Part shown: positions 61,834 through 64,000 of the stretch, piece after piece
How the letters are laid out: each line of letters begins with the position of its first letter
Numbering within the stretch: position 1 is the first letter of the stretch
From: Styela clava
Taxonomy: Eukaryota
Direction: 5' to 3'
DNA length: 64,000 nt
NCBI RefSeq assembly: GCF_964204865.1
Contig: NC_135264.1
Coordinates: 12,710,001 to 12,774,000 of the forward strand
Notes under the pieces: generated by a model
Told to the model about the DNA's origin: nothing
Databases searched by the model: none
What the model saw: only the letters and a program-made list of their open reading frames with translations
Translations under genes and position numbers: made by a program

Positions 61834-64000
61834 TATAAAACAATTGATGTCTTAATTAAAACAGAAAAAAAAAAAACTATTTTTAGCCTTTTATATCATC
61901 TGGCGCCAGCGCGAAGTGTTTACCTCGGCCTCTCTGTTTTCACAGACTCAGTTTATACCTGTATAAGATTGAGGTATTGAACGACGTTTTCATCCTGAGA
62001 AATTATTTGAGCTGTCCAATGCACCACAGCTGCCCCAATACCCAGATATATGCATTCGAATGTCGCTGCTTGATTACCAGCTTCGGTTCCCCGCGACTTC
62101 CCTTCCCCAGTAAAATTATCATTTTCTGGTAGTTTGTAGTTGTGATATTATTTTTTACTGGTTTAAAAAAGTACTTTACTCGACTTCGAGCGCTAGTGGA
62201 TACGATACGGTTGAATAAACGGTCAAAATAACTGGCTTAGTTATTTTGAAATTTGACCTGAATTTTCGAAATTTATGGACTATGGAAAAATGCCAAATAT
62301 GTGAGTCAGTTAAATATTCATGGATCTAACAGGAAGTTCTGTGGGAAATAGTTTAACTTTTTATCGACAAATGCGGAACGAAACTACGCCCTTGCATGAG
62401 GATTATCCAAAATTTAAATGTAAATTTTTACATGTATATTCAATGAAATAATTTCTGTCATTTAGACAAATATAATTCATCATACCTGAATTTTGTCATA
62501 ATCTCCGGTAGATATTGATATAAACGGTATCAAATTCATCATTAGGTGACAAAAAAAAAGTAGCTGAGAAGTTTGTAAAGAGTTCAATACAAAAATAATA
62601 AAACAGAAATTTAATTATTGGAAAGAGGAAATGCAGATTTATATTTTTCTATGTCAAAAAATTTAGCAGCATTGAATATCAAAAACGCATCAATGATCAA
62701 ATATGCTATCAGCATTACAATCACGTTTTCTTGTTTGTGTTTTTATCGGAACCAAATTTAAAAAAAAAGTTATATGTGTAAGAGAGTGAACAGTGTAATT
62801 TTTATTTGTAGGTTTTAAACTTTTTATCCCTAAAAATAGAAAAATTATTAATTAGAAAGAAACTAAAGAATTGAAAAAACGTTTAGGGCGACATGACAAA
62901 AATAATGTGACTTATTCGCTCTTACTAATAATGTACTATATTTTAAGCTTCCTGTCACGAAGAAAGAAAAACCAATGCATATCCTGATACTGGGAGCTAT
63001 TGAACTCAACAAATGCATCAAAATCGGATGAACAATTTTTCCAAACATTATTTTCTATTATATATTAATACATTACATAAAGATTGGTGAAATGAGTAAA
63101 CGAATTGCAGGATACACAATTTATACCTATAACTCAAAGTGGTATGACATTATTAGTCTGAGATTCAAATTAGACAATATTTCTATCATAATTTTATTTT
63201 TTCAAAGTTAATACCACAGCATTAGTATTGCAATAGGAACAGAGTCTTATACCACATGAATAAAAACCCTGCAGTTGTTGCCATTTTTTGGACAAGATTT
63301 TGATTTTTACAAGAATCGTTATATTGATCAATATATGTATTTCTTTTGATTTTCGTGTATCTCCCATTGATATATGCGTGACAAATATTTATAATTGATT
63401 TCGTACCTTCAGAAGCTTTCACAAGCTTAAAAAACAGCAAATATTTGTATAGAGATAATTTTGAAAGAATTTGACCAGATTAAACTATTTCAATATCGAG
63501 ATGTTTATTGATTCTATGATATATGTCGATTAATTTAGGGTGTTGTAATGAGTATAAAATAAACGATGATAGGTCTCCCTAATATCTTTCCATCGTGGCA
63601 GTGCCTCGCTAACAAAGACGGTTTTGATCAGCCGTTTAACAGTCATCTGCCTACACACGTGAAACAAGTCGCTAAGTAAAATCACGATGATGTTGTTTGC
63701 CGTCCGCATCTGCCTCTGTCCTGCTGTTACCGGAGATGGATGCAGTTTGACGTCTTACCCAGGTTCAGGTTCAGAGGAAATTTAACCTCTACAGAGGGTT
63801 CAGGAAGCAATAAACGACACGTCTGGCACACGAAAACGTGGAAGACCCAGAACATGGATGTCCGACAATGTTAAGGACATAGCTGACCTCAGCAAGTGGC
63901 AGAAGAGGGACGACCAATCGTGTTTAGGAGAGATTATTTTTGAACAGCATGAAATCAGAAATTAGACACTGCAGATTTTGTGACTGCAGTACAAGTCGAT

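Larger units (their letters stand above)
40250..64000 (+). repeat. Tandem segmental array, ~3.1-4.4 kb units, one gene per unit
   Basis: ATG spacings 3686, 3086, 3882, 3877 and 4378 bp; units 3-7 are highly similar; the last unit is cut by the window edge. Confidence 0.97.

Overview
AT-rich eukaryotic (invertebrate metazoan) DNA. An ascidian/tunicate origin is my impression but cannot be proven from the window. 1-6.1 kb: the first six coding exons of an SLC6 (SLC6A18/19/20-like) Na+-dependent amino-acid transporter on the minus strand, continuing off the left edge. 6-23 kb: a repeat-rich interval with SINE, RTE-LINE and MITE relics, a 3 x 1.6 kb tandem triplication inside a decayed multi-exon gene, a ~1 kb foldback carrying two divergent tRNA-like Pol III cassettes, and a seemingly perfect 811-bp duplication. 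23.6-64 kb: a tandem array of a single-exon secreted-protein family, with 8 intact + strand copies, one inverted pseudogene missed by the ORF track, and a predicted further copy just past the right edge. Each protein has a signal peptide, a propeptide ending in RKKR (furin site) and a ~161-aa beta-rich, 4-Cys mature domain that aligns by eye with IL-1/IL-18/FGF beta-trefoil cytokines. The copies share AP-1+ETS proximal and distal modules, an overlapping uORF and AU-rich 3' flanks. The array shows birth-and-death evolution, apparent gene-conversion patches, a promoter-deleted copy and gene-less 'ghost' promoters. It is interrupted by a decayed Mag-like Ty3/Gypsy element with nested MITEs. This candidate classically secreted invertebrate IL-1/FGF-fold cytokine cluster is the most interesting system in the window. 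The fold assignment is an inference that needs a structure or profile search.
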